Source of the DNA: Octopus sinensis
Taxonomy: Eukaryota
Direction: 5' to 3'
DNA length: 64,000 nucleotides
NCBI RefSeq assembly: GCF_006345805.1
Contig: NC_042998.1
Span: forward strand, 199,454,001 to 199,518,000
Part shown: in pieces, positions 11,871-25,070 of the stretch
Layout: each line of letters opens with the position of its first letter
How positions within the stretch are numbered: position 1 is the stretch's first letter
Position numbers and translations under genes: made by a program
Notes under the pieces: generated by a model
Seen by the model: the letters and a program-made list of their open reading frames with translations, nothing else
What the model was told of the DNA's origin: nothing
Databases searched by the model: none

Positions 11871-13510
11871 CTCGCGATAATTAATTTGAGGTTAGACTCG
11901 GTGGTGAGACCGCTTCTAAAACATTACTTACGACTGCTACGGCGCACATGTTACCCTCGAACGTCCTATAGCAGGGGCAGGCCACTTTCCAGCTTCCGAT
12001 GTATGTCTTACCTTTCATTGCCCTCTTTTCCTTGAGGAGGCCCTGGGCTACATTATACTACAGAATTACGCATTTCACATTGTGGGAAAAGGCAGACTGG
12101 CGTTAACGGGTTCCTCTCGACGGGTCAGCCACTTATTGCAGTTCGACCGTGGTACGATCTCCATTGGGTAACCCTCTTTCTCGTGACCTCGGGCAATTAG
12201 CTATCCCCTTATGCCCGTGTTCATGTGTCCCTCCGGGTTATTTGACTTACGGGATCGATTTCTCTGTCGCAAACAGCCCGCCCATTCGCTCCTACAAGCA
12301 AGCAACCTTCTTGAAAATTTTCTTAGAAGTCCTCCTGGTTAGGACAGTGCCGTGAATCCCACATTTCAGTAACACATCCAGCCATTAGATTACTCTGCCT
12401 TCCACCTACTTCCCTCATGGTAAGTTGGTCATAGCCACTATTCGGTTTTCGCTTACTTTCCTTTTGCAAAAATAAACCATTTACAGTTTAAATATTTGCT
12501 AACCAGTGTGCGCAATTGCTCATTAACTCCGCTTTAAAAAGACTTTCCGTTATTTCTACCCTTCTTAAACTCTCTTTCTTGGTAAATGCCTTCAAAAAAA
12601 GAAAGAAAAATATTGTCTACCAAGAAGTATTAGGATGAGATTCGTAACTGTTTACAATGAGAAAAGGTAACATGCAGCTTCACAAAGCAGCTGATTTAGA
12701 CATCATCCTCTCAGACGTGTGTAATGGGCTTTACATCCGCTTTTACTCTAAAACTAACTGCACACAGTCAGCCCATTTCACAAAGAGAAACCTATTAAGT
12801 TACATCCCTCTTGGGGCAGCATTTTGGTATTTTTACAAAAAAAAAAAAAATAGGAGAGATAATTACTCCAACAATGGCTTAAGGAGCGATCGAGCATCTT
12901 TAAGGACGTAACTTCAACCGATCAGTGTTTTCTTATGCGCTTCTAATGCATTCAATGTGTAAGCAGAAAGGAGGCAGGCAATGTTACGCCAATTAACTGG
13001 TAGAGGCTTAGGAAAAGGGCAGAGATACATAGAACGTATTCGCTATGACAGTTTCGAGCACTCTGCGACATAAGTAGTGTGAAGAAACATTCAACGTCGA
13101 TACTATCCATGTCATAACAACTAATCAACATTCAATCACTCTCCCAATTTTAATGACGGTCGTACTTAACGATTGTTTAAATAGCCCAATCCCCAATTAC
13201 CAGCATTTCATTTATCTTCTGAATTCAAATACCACTCTGAATTACGTTCTGAATTCAAATACCACTCGAGAAAAAAACTTTGCCTTTCATCTTTACGGGA
13301 CTGATGAAATAAGCTCCAGGTGAGTAGTGTGGCCGATGTAGTCGACTTAATCCCCAGCCCCACCACCAAATTTTAGATTTTCTGCTTAGGGTAGAAATGA
13401 CGCAAGTCACCCCCCCCCACACACACACACGCACACACGCATTTTTAATGTTGAATTTGCGAATAATTACCGTCTATAAGACCCCATTCACAAGGTATTG
13501 GGTAGCTTAA

Positions 13511-13928
13511 GGCGGCGAGCTGGCAGAATCGTTAGCACGCCGGGCGAAATGCGTAGCCGTACTTCGTCTGCCGTTACGTTCTGAGTTCAAATTCCGCCGA
13601 GGTCGATTTTGCCTTTCATCCTTTCGGGGTCGATAAATTAAGTACCAGTTACCCACTGGGGTGGATGTAATCGACTTAATCCGTTTGTCTGTCCCTGTTT
13701 GTCTCCTCTGTGTTTAGCCCCTTGTGGGTAGTCAAGAAATAGGTATTTCGTCTGCCGCTACGTTCTGAGTTCAAATTCCGACGAGGTCGATTTTGCCTTT
13801 CATCCTATCGGGGTCGATTAAATAAGTACCAGTTACGAACAGGAGTCGATATAACCGAATTAATCCGTTGGTCTGTCCTTGTTTGTCCTCTCTGTGTTTA
13901 GCCCCTTGTGGGTAGTAAATAAATAAGT
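13511..13928 (+). mobile_element. SINE-B with tandem duplication of its 3' ~190 bp
   Basis: Full unit 13511-13741, then a 5'-truncated second unit 13742-13928. An older partial copy lies at about 13243-13390. Confidence 0.9.
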
Positions 13929-14308
13929 ATTGGGTAGATTTATGTTACGGCAGAAAATACTTGTTGAATGAACCGTGTTGCGGGATCGAACCTGAAGAGA
14001 CTGATCTATAAAGTGAACATGTTAACCACACAGCTATGTTTGCACTTACAACGGTAAACAGACCCGAGTTAAAAATGGTTTTCTAGATGATACTTGTGGT
14101 CACTGAAGGAAAAAAACTAATTTCTAGTCAGAGATTGAATCTGATGATTTAGAAGTTAATCTGAGTCAATAATTCAATATCGATCTGAGAACATTTTAGA
14201 AATATGTGACAGAGCATTTCCTTCCACCATTTTGTCTGTTCAAACCGACAGCAGTAAAGAGAAAAGGAAGTATCCTCTCTTTGTTAATATTTGAGAATAA
14301 CGAGTGTT

Positions 14309-14377
<69 letters not shown>

Positions 14378-15375
14378 CCAGAGTACCCATACATACACAG
14401 ATGCGTACACACATATATGTATATCTGCGTGTATGTGGTTCTCACGCATGCTTACCTACCTATTTCTAAGTGTTTACGTAGCCACACTTTCTCCTATATA
14501 CAGATCCAACCCAAACACACACACACACACACATGAATGCATATAAATACACACTTGCTAGTTTTTTTCTCTGTGTCTGTATGTCTGTCTCTCTCTCGCT
14601 CACACACACACACACACCGCATATATGAACATATTCGTTGCCCTTCGATTCTTCGTCGCTAAAATCGTCATAGGGTCAATTCGTCATCAGCACCAAAGTC
14701 GGAATGGCACCAGATTTATTAAGTGGGACATGGATTGAATTGACATGAAGAAATATAAAATTTCTGAGTTTAAAAAAATACTAAAAATAAGTTTAAAAAA
14801 TAATAAGATTGTGATCAATTAAATTTTATTTCTTAAAAATGTAATTGTTTAACAGTTTTCGTGTACTTTTCGATATCGATGTATTTCATGCTTCAGCAGG
14901 TCCCTTTCCCGTGGATAAATGCTTAAAATTTGGTTGTGATTAGCATATTCTTCGTAACGGAATTTAATGTGTTTTGAAATAGACGTTGTTCTCATTATGA
15001 TCACTGGAATACCACTGGAACTTATTTACGTTACATTTTAATTTATTTAAGTGACGCCGAAAAGAAAACCAAGCCAAGACACGGAGAAGCACTCGCAACA
15101 ATGATTCGCTACCTGACTAGACTTCACTGAGTTGAGAAACTATTAGCTTTATCATGTGAGTGTTTTGAAGTGAAAACAAACATTTTGAAGCGCTTGAAAT
15201 TTGCTGAAGACATTACTGACTTTGATACTGGCGACAAATTGACCGGCTGACGAATTAAAAAAGCAATGAATTGAGCGATGATGAATTCTTTTAGTACCGT
15301 GTATTTTCCTCTCTATCTCCGTCAATCTACCTAAGGTAAATTCTCTTAGCACCATGTTACTCTCCTCTCCTCTCC

Positions 15376-15424
<49 letters not shown>

Positions 15425-15448
<24 letters not shown>

Positions 15449-15650
15449 GCCGTGATAGATTGTTAGCCACTATACACATTTTTTTCTCTCTTTGTTTCTC
15501 TCTTTGTTTTTTTTCTGTGTCCTTTTCTGTAGAAGAGCGTAGGCTCGAAATGTAAACGACTTTTTCTATTCCTGAGCATTATACTAATACATCTGTTTGT
15601 TTTGTACACCACCAGTCTCTTCGTCTTTTATTTTTTTCGTAAACTCTCCC
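15425..15650 (+). repeat. (TA)n-adjacent interspersed repeat with a hammerhead-like motif at 15523-15559
   Basis: TTTT-CTGTAGA-A-GAGC-GTAG-GCTC-GAAA-TG-T-A-AACG: perfect helix II, one core substitution. Confidence 0.5.
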
Positions 15651-15662
15651 TATACATACACA

Positions 15663-15695
<33 letters not shown>

Positions 15696-16370
15696 CACCA
15701 CACACACCACACACACACACACACACACCACACATATATATATATATTATATATATATATATAATATATATATATATATATCGATTGTCAGACAAATAGA
15801 CCCATTGATACGTCGACTGGAATATTTCCTAACAGTGTGGTCTCTTGTTTGTTGGCATAACAGGTCGAAGGTTAGCTGGGTGCTTCAAGAAACATCTACT
15901 ACAATGGTGTCGCTATAGTTAGATCTCCCCAAAACCTCAATCACAACTCTTCAACGGTCCTGGATACTCCTTTCCCTCATCTTTCTGTCTTCTGACTTGT
16001 GCAACATTATTGCGGGTAATAGACATAACTTCAGATATCCAAGAACAACTTTTCATCTTCATACACAAGTTAGAGATAAACTCTAGAGAAGAATAGATTC
16101 TATTTACTAAATATAGTTTCGAAATCTCGCTTGTATCCTCATCGATGAGTGTGTAAAGAGGAGAAAATGTGCATGTAAGAAAATATACGTACATACAAGG
16201 TGTGCTTGCGCGTGTGTGTACGCGTGTGTGAACTTTTTGCGTGTGCTCAATGAAGTGTATTTCCAGGTTTGTATCGAATACGTGAAAATCTTCGTTTGCA
16301 ATGATTAGTAAAGAGGATACCTAAAGTGAAAAGTCGTCGACGACAGTTTTCAAGTTGAAAAAAGTAAAAG

Positions 16371-16413
<43 letters not shown>

Positions 16414-17222
16414 TTTATTTTTTCTGGACGATGATCCTTCTTTACTGTTGTGAACAATGACTTCTTACCCTGTATAATTGTTATTTTCATCATCCATTAG
16501 GCAGGTATAAATTGGGCCTGACGAAGATCCATACTTCGCGGAAAACTTCTATAATCCCACATTTTAAAAATTGACATTAGACATTTTGTCTTGCACATCT
16601 AGTATCTTATCTGGAATACATACATACATACATACATACATACATACATACATGCATGCATGCATACATGCATACATACATGCATACATACATACATACA
16701 TACATAAATACATACATACATACATAAATACATACATACATACATACACACATACATACATACATACAAACATACATGCATGCATACATACATACATACA
16801 TACATAGATACATACATACATACATACACACACACATACATACATACATGCATAAATACAGACGCACACACAGATAAACATTCATGTATAGAGTCCTATT
16901 TTCCTGTTTGCATCAGCGAACGTATGCATGTGTGTATGTGAGCGTTTATCTGTATGTGTATATATATACATAGACTGAGAAAATTAACTGAAATTGGCCA
17001 GTGACATGCATTTAAGCAACCAAGAAAATATAAATACATATTAGAGGTTGTGTCGTAATTACTGAATGACAATTAAAGCCATTTCCATATCACCCCCACC
17101 CCTATATACGTGCATACACACTAACACTTATATATGACAAAAGACACTTGCTGTAGATGACTTGTGGCTGAAAGCCGGTTGACACCACTGTGTAGCTGTC
17201 TGTCGGTGGAATGTAAGTGCAA

Positions 17223-17593
17223 TTCAAACGTTGAGCCTTGTTTCATATTTCAAACGTTGAGCCTTGTTTCATATTTCAAACGTTGAGCCTTGTTTCATAT
17301 TTCAAACGTTGAGCCTTGTTTCATATTTCAAACGTTGAGCTTGTTTCATATTTCAAACGTTGAGCCTTGTTTCATATTTCAAACGTTGAGCCTTGTTTCA
17401 TATTTCAAACGTTGAGCCTTGTTTCATATTTCAAACGTTGAGCCTTGTTTCATATTTCAAACGTTGAGCCTTGTTTCATATTTCAAACGTTGAGCCTTGT
17501 TTCATATTTCAAACGTTGAGCCTTGTTTCATATTTCAAACGTTGAGCCTTGTTTCATATTTCAAACGTTGAGCCTTGTTTCATATTTCAAACG
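17223..17593. repeat. 26-bp minisatellite, about 14 copies
   Basis: Unit CAAACGTTGAGCCTTGTTTCATATTT, essentially invariant; one copy near 17340 lacks a C. Confidence 0.95.
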
Positions 17594-17788
17594 GTGAGTA
17601 TTCCACGGACAGTTCTACTAAAAATGCTTTTATGGGGCAAGATCAATCCAACACCCTGTATGGTGTAGCCGAGCATTTTAATTACATCTGCATTATGCCT
17701 GACAGGCTATAATGTCAACAATTTTGTTGCGAGGTTTTTACCACCAAATGGCTATAGCAGTATTCACTTGTTTATGTCCTGTATTCGT

Positions 17789-17995
17789 GGAGGCACATGG
17801 CCTAGTGGTTAAAGCAGCGGACTCGCGGTCGAGGGATCGTGGGTTCGAACCTCAGTCCGGGTGATTTATGTGTTTATGAGCGAAACACCTAAGCTCCACG
17901 CAGCTCCGGCAGGAGGTAATGGCGAACTTCTGCTGACTCCTTCACCACAACTTTCCCTCACTCTTATGAGCCAGGTATGGCTCGAGAACAAATAT
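17789..17995 (+). mobile_element. SINE-C (tRNA-derived), internally deleted
   Basis: A-box TGGCCTAGTGG and B-box GGTTCGAACC. Colinear with 34315-34613 but lacks its central-3' segment. Confidence 0.85.
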
Positions 17996-18847
17996 GTCAT
18001 GTATTCGAATAAAACACAATATTACGATTGTAAATGGAAATTAAGCCATAGCTTCATACATATACATGTAGATAGACAGATATAATGTAATTATATATAG
18101 TAGTAAGAAACTCTGGAGAGAACTGAACAGCAGAAAGTCTTCAGAGAAGGGACTCAGTTCAGGCAAGCGTTTCGGTCTTGCACTTCTTCCACTCTGACAG
18201 AGCCGGGCCACATCTAAATTATGACACGCTTTAGTCATTTGCACACGGGAGACTTCTATAGTTAACCGTACGGAGATTTGACAAGATTTAGCTAGAACGC
18301 CTCTTCGTATATATTACAATATCTATCATATGTTTATAAACGAAGATACATTGAAAGCTCGTGTGAGTGACATATTTTTAGAAATTAAGAAAATCTCGAT
18401 CGGAAGAAAACAGCTGTAGAGTATCTAGTAAAATACCCAAACACATTGAAAAAGTGACCAGCAGAGGCTGCAGTGGTTCGAAACGGGTACTGAACACAGA
18501 TACCATTTTTTACAACGCTATATCATAGCTGTTTGGAATTTAAGAACTTTTTTATAAACAAGGTACAGAGCGCTCAGCCGAAATTTCAAAGGTGCAGAGA
18601 TCGATTTACTGCAGCGGCTGCTGGCCACTATTTTAGTCTATAGAATTATTTTACCTGATTCAATAAAGCTGTTTCACAGTTGTTCTATATTGTTTGAAAA
18701 TTTTAAAACATTTATGTAGTAATAATAGGCGGTACCCCAGCATGACCGCAATCTAATGACTGAAACAAGTAAAAGATAATATTACATTACATTATATATA
18801 AAATAATATAATTGTATGTAAATATATATATATATATATGTATATAT

Positions 18848-19283
18848 ATCTTTTACTCTATAATTTGTTTCAGTAATTTGACTGTGGCCATGCTGGAGCA
18901 CCGTTTTTAGTCGAGCAAATCGACTCCAGGACTTATTCTTTGTAAGCCTAGTACTTATTCTATCGGTCTCTTTTGCCGAACCACTAGGTGACTTGGACGT
19001 AACCACACCAGCATCGGTTGTCAAGCGATGTTGGGGGGGGGGCAATCATCATCATCATTGTTCGACCGTGGTCGAGACAATGGAATTTACCATGCTACGC
19101 CAGACTTCACGGTCCATCATGGCATTACGGAGGTCCTGTTGCTGGGTGCCTGTAACCCTGGAGATTACATCAGGGTAGGAGAGTGTGCGCCCTCTGGTAT
19201 TGCGAGTAGATGGCTTCCAGAGGAGAAGAGTAGAAAATACGTCTTTTTCAGCTCTACAAACACAAACACACAAGCATATACAC

Positions 19284-19336
<53 letters not shown>

Positions 19337-19508
19337 CATATATACGACGGGCTTCTTTCAGTTTCCATCTACCATATACACTCACAATGCTTTGGTCAGC
19401 CCGAGGCTATAGTAGAAGGCGCTCGCCCAAGGTGCCACGCAGTGGAACTGAACCCGGAACCATGTGGTTGGTTAGCAAGCTACTTACCACACAGCCACTC
19501 CTACGCCT
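18848..19508 (-). mobile_element. Full-length SINE-A interrupted by an RTE fragment
   Basis: Tail 18848-19040 and head 19258-19508 (GGCGTAGGAGTGGCTGTGTGGTAAG on -). Confidence 0.9.
19043..19245 (-). mobile_element. RTE-clade LINE 3' end, 5'-truncated
   Basis: LLLWKPSTRNTRGRTLSYPDVISRVTGTQQQDLRNAMMDREVWRSMV*, followed by a (TGA)n tail; typical RTE C-terminus. Confidence 0.8.
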
Positions 19509-20118
19509 ATTAGCTCTTCAACTCTCCAGAACATCATGGTTAGATCAATGCTTCAACTCTGCGTATACATAGACAATTTTCCTTCTTATATAAAATTTGT
19601 GGAGCACCGATACTAGATAAAATTGGGCTGGATTCGTTACTAAGGAAGAATTATAAATAATGAATGAACTTTGTGTCATATCAATAAAGAATCTGCATCT
19701 AAGTTTTAGGAATTGATCATCTTTAATATAAACAAAAGACAGCAAAGAGATCGAAGAGGAATTAAAGAAGTTACGGTAGATCAAAAGACATTTTAAAAGT
19801 GTTTAAAAATAAATGTAAAAGATACAATGATATATAAATATTATTGAATTCAGTTGGGGGACAAATAGCCGGAGGCATAAAGATAGTTTTGAACAACGAT
19901 TATTTCTAAATAGGTCAAACCATCTCCAAATACCTTCTGTCTAAATAAATTATACTGAAGTCAGAACAATAGTCACACTTACATAGAGGCAGATATTTAC
20001 AAGTATTAACATACTAAGAAATAAAATAACTATACCCACATAGTTCTCTATTCATACACATTCATTAATATGCATGCATAGCGGTCAGAAGCAAAAATTG
20101 GTGCACAAAGACAAATAT

Positions 20119-20151
<33 letters not shown>

Positions 20152-20339
20152 CTGAATAAGAACGTAACGGACGACAATAAAAACATACGGACAGATAGCG
20201 GATAGAAAGACGGATAGGAAAAAGCTAGGACGGATCATTCGTGGCTTTCTATTCATCAGTCAAGTTTCCAATTATCATTACGGCTTTGGCCTGTCACACT
20301 TAAACCTGTTCAGATCCTATCAGAATCTCAATATAAATT

Positions 20340-21258
20340 CTGTGCCTCTCGTGGCACAATTGACATGGTTTTCTGTGCAAAGCAACTCTAAGAGAAAAGC
20401 AGGGAACAACAAAAATTCATTTCTTTTATTTTCTATGACTTGGAAAAAGCTTTTGACAGCATTTCAAGAGCTGCTATGCGGAAGGTTTTGGATGTCCTGG
20501 TCACTTTATCTCTTTGGCTCAGGCAATGCACGACATTATGTCTGGACGTGTATTCCACCAAAAACATGCTGTTGGAAGAATTTCCAGCAATGTGCGAACT
20601 AAAACAAGGATGTACCTTGGAACATACGCTAGTCTCCTTGTATCTGGCTGAAAGGCTTCACGAAGTTCTTTCGGACAAACCAGGAGCTGACATCAGATAT
20701 TGATATGATGGAAGGCTTTCCAATCTTAGTAGACTGTGATTTAAACATCGCACACATTTCCAACATAACTCAGAACCTCAATATGCTGATGACAGTGCTG
20801 CCCTCTGTCATTCAAAACAAGAAGTCCAACAGTCTCTGAAGAACTTTGTTATGGCCTACAACTGCTTTAACCTTAGAGTAAACACCAAGAAAACCAAGGT
20901 CCTTGTACAACCAGCTCTAAATACCATCTTACAGATTTTGATGTTACTATCCTGGATCCAACTCTGGAAAGAGCAAAGCATTTTCCATATCTAGACAGCC
21001 TTTTACCAACTAAGTGTTCCTAAAAAAAGCATGTGGAACAAAGAATTTGAGCTACAGACAGGGCATTTGGAAAGTTAGTCAAACGCTTCTTCAACAATAA
21101 GGATCTTAAATTAACGTAAATTATGATTTATTACGCTATTGTCATCTCCACTTTGCTTTATGGCTGCGAAACCTGGAGTCTATATCGTCATGACATCCAA
21201 AAATTACAACGCTTTCACCAACAAAATCTTCGTTCAATCTTCAATGAGAACACTATGT
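20340..21258 (+). mobile_element. Degenerate RTE (BovB-like) reverse transcriptase region
   Basis: DLEKAFDSISR, LKQGC, YADD, VNTKKTKVL and YAIVISTLLYGCETWSLY...KLQRFHQ across frameshifts. Confidence 0.9.
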
Positions 21259-21276
21259 CACTATATATATATAATA

Positions 21277-21424
<148 letters not shown>

Positions 21425-21520
21425 GTGGCTTGTACTGTTGGGTCTAGCGAACCTACTTTAAACATACCTATTTTACACATACTTACGGTTTTTTTATAGT
21501 ATTAAACGATGTTAAAGTGA

Positions 21521-21629
21521 TATAAGGGCCTGATGATTGGGGTTATATTTTAAGAAGGGTTCCAGCAAAACATGGTGTAGTTTAGGAACCGGAGAATGTA
21601 CCTCGAGAAACTCGTGTAGCCAAGTTATA
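21521..21629 (+). ncRNA. Candidate minimal type-I hammerhead ribozyme with a long, SECIS-like helix II extension
   Basis: Helix I GGC/GCC plus TATAA/TTATA; core CTGATGA at 21530-21536; helix II TTGGGGT/ACCTCGA; GAAA at 21607-21610; helix III AC-TCGT-GT; GTA cleavage triplet at 21616-21618. Confidence 0.65.
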
Positions 21630-22603
21630 AAATAGTAAGTATTTAAAATAAAAACTCTTTTTTATATGGTGAGATGAAGGGGCCTACTATCTCTAAATTA
21701 AAATATATATTTCTTCACTTAGAATAATTTGAACCTTCCTTATGCCGGAATTTTTATTCTCTAACAAATAAAATTTAAATATATATATATATATATTATA
21801 TATATATATATATATATAGGCACATTCAGCGACACACACGTACTCGCAAATACTCATATATACTCGTATATCTATAACAACAGCTAAACGGCCGAAATGC
21901 ATTGAATATCAAGTAGTTATATATATTCACCTCTCATATCACCTGAATTTTGTGGTTTTTGTGGTTTATATATACTTATGTGAGTGAAACTGGGTTGACG
22001 GAAACGGTCGAAGTCAGTAGCATAAAACCGTACCTGTAACTCAAATACTCAGTCATAAAAGTGATTGAATACTCTATAAATATCCTGAAATTCAACGAGT
22101 AGGAACTTATAATTTTTATTCTATCTATCATCAGGTACAGAAGATTACGCTTACATTGTTAAGATTAAGAAGATAATGTACGGAAACCCAAGTTATGCCC
22201 TCAAAAACCTGTTTGTTTTTTCTGGTGTAGGAAACAAAAGTAACACATATTTGAATATGCATTGCAGAAACATATATACTCGCAACCTATATATCCATAC
22301 AGGGTCTTTCAGATACTTTAATAAATTCACTGTAATATACAATCCGAGATTTTCATATACATCTATATATTAGTATAAAACCGTATTTTCACACACACAC
22401 ACACACACACACATACACACACCCATGTATAGAAACATATACAGAATATATGAGGTGCGCCATAAACAATGTGTGTGCATAAATCTGTATATGCATGTAT
22501 GTATGCATATATATATGTATGTATATGTATGGATATGTATATATACATATATATATTTGTATATATGTATGTATGAAAAAATTATATAAACATACATAAG
22601 TAA

Positions 22604-22713
<110 letters not shown>

Positions 22714-22714
22714 C

Positions 22715-22745
<31 letters not shown>

Positions 22746-23862
22746 CATATATATGCATTTATACACGTATATATCTATAACGTGTGTGTGTATACACATT
22801 CACACGCACACACACATGCAGACGCACATATCTATATACATGCTTATATACACGTATATACGTTGCTGCATATAGAGGTGGAACAGACAGATATTCAACG
22901 TAGAAAAGCGACAACTGTGTTGAAGCCATATACAGTTTTACTGTCGTTAAACCGATGTTGTTACATAAACAATAAATAAATAAATAAACAAATAAAAGAA
23001 TGGCGAGGTGTTATCAAGACTCTAAATGTCATTTCTGTTATCCATCTGCGTTGCAATACGTAGCTTTTATAATGTTTGATTTGAATTTTCAAAACACTCT
23101 TTGTAATAAAACGAATGGAAATATTTCCATTTCTCTTTGTTTCTCTCTCATTCTACTTCTACCAGTCTATCCGTCTTCTATTTTTCGTTTCTTTCATTTT
23201 TATTATATCCAAATGTTTCTTCTTTCCTCTAGCTCTCTCTCCTTTCCTTTCCTTTCTCTCTTCCTGTCTCTGTCTCTGTCTCTCTCAATCACCCGTCTCT
23301 TTAATAAAAATGGAGGGAGAAAAGTTCATAGTATAAAGATATTAATGTCAGCTTGAGACAAAACGTGGAAAGAATGTTTGTGGTATATATATATATTTCA
23401 CTCTTCTTCTTCTTCTTCTTCTTCATGGTCGCAATTGCTTGCGGTTCCTCTCCTCCACCCTCATCTCTTCTACTCCATCTCGCTCGCAGAAACACATTCA
23501 CACACACACACACGTACAAGCATAAGCACACACGCACACATTCACACACACGTACAAGCATAAGCACACACACACACACATACACACAAACACATGCAGA
23601 CAGAGACGTATATATAAAGCATTCACATAGACGGATATAATAACATATACATACGCATTTGTAGCTGTATGAGCTAAAATGCCACTGCCGTTGCAGCTGT
23701 TAATGATGATGATGATGACGATGATGATGTATTAAGAATAAGAATATTTTGGTAACTATACACTCTACTATGATATTAGGTATTAAGCACAAAAGCAGAA
23801 ACGTATATGGGGATTACTCTACGTGTGTGCGTATTAATGATATATGTATATGCATGTGTGTA

Positions 23863-23945
<83 letters not shown>

Positions 23946-25039
23946 ATGCTGCAAGGTAAGACCCAGTGAGGGTCGTTGTCTGTGCATATATTTTTTACAA
24001 ACAAGGAGTCCTCACTGGATTCAGGATGTTGGTCTACTTGCGGTTCAGCAACATGGTCCATAGTAAATGAAAATATTTTCACTTTGCTGCCACCATTGCA
24101 TATACTTGTCACCAAGTCTCTGTCTGTCTGTCTCTCTCATACACACACTAACACACACACATATATTTTTATTATACAAGATTGCTCGTGAATGCTACAC
24201 GTTATGTACATCATCCAGTACGATTGGTTGTATTGTTTCATGAAAGGTGACTAAATCGTCGAACTCGCCGGTCCTGCCTATTGAAGATGACTTTTAGACT
24301 TGCAGCAACAACAAATATATAGTACCTGTGTCTATTTGGCAAAAAAAAAACCCACCATCCAATGTAAGGTTATAGGCTGTAGAAAAAATACTGACTAACA
24401 AAGTAAAAAGGTTGCGCGGCGTTGAATGCTACTAATGAATCAACCGATTTGGAATACGATGAGGAAACGAGGACCGTTAAAAAGGTTATAAGGACTGGAA
24501 TAAAATTTCTTTAATGATATTGAAATAGCCGCTAAGGCTTTCAAATTCGCCAAGTTTTCGAATTTCTTATGATATAACAATATTTTTTTCAGATATATTT
24601 GAAAGGGTTGTGAGTGCTGTCAAATCAGCCAAATTTTCATGTTCGTTATAAAAACAAGAATAATATTTCAGGACATAAGCAGTGATAATCATTAATGCTG
24701 TTTTTACGGCCTCTCTCCATGATGAAATGGAAAATCCGAAAACGGTACTTCAAAGTGAACGCTGTTGTTCGTTCAACGTCCAGGCCACAACTAAATTAAA
24801 CCCTTTCAAAGTCGGTGCGTTTCACTGTTGGGTGGTACACTCACATACATGTACTAAGACAGGCACACACAGACATACATTTACGCACATCCCAGGCATA
24901 TGTCTGTCCCTCTGTGTACCTGTCTCTTTCTTTAGATGTATTTATGTGTGTGTGTGTTAGTCATCACAAAACTGTATGTATACTGACTGACACATACACA
25001 AACGCATATACTTCTCAGTCATCGTAACGAACGTACAAA

Positions 25040-25070
<31 letters not shown>

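Noticed and set aside
16505-16560. CTGACGA-A-GATCC...GGAAAAC as a hammerhead
   Set aside because: Helix II 3' strand and helix I cannot be completed; possibly a deleted relic, but unsupported.
17223-17593. 26-bp array as a CRISPR
   Set aside because: Repeats are contiguous with no spacers, there are no cas genes, and the context is eukaryotic.
17789-17862. tRNA gene
   Set aside because: It has A/B boxes but continues into SINE body sequence shared with 34315-34613, so it is a tRNA-derived SINE head. The same applies to SINE-A and SINE-B heads.
19545-19784. ORF with a loose GPCR TM7-like NPxxFY stretch
   Set aside because: The match is short, there are no other TM motifs or clear splice context, and chance is likely.
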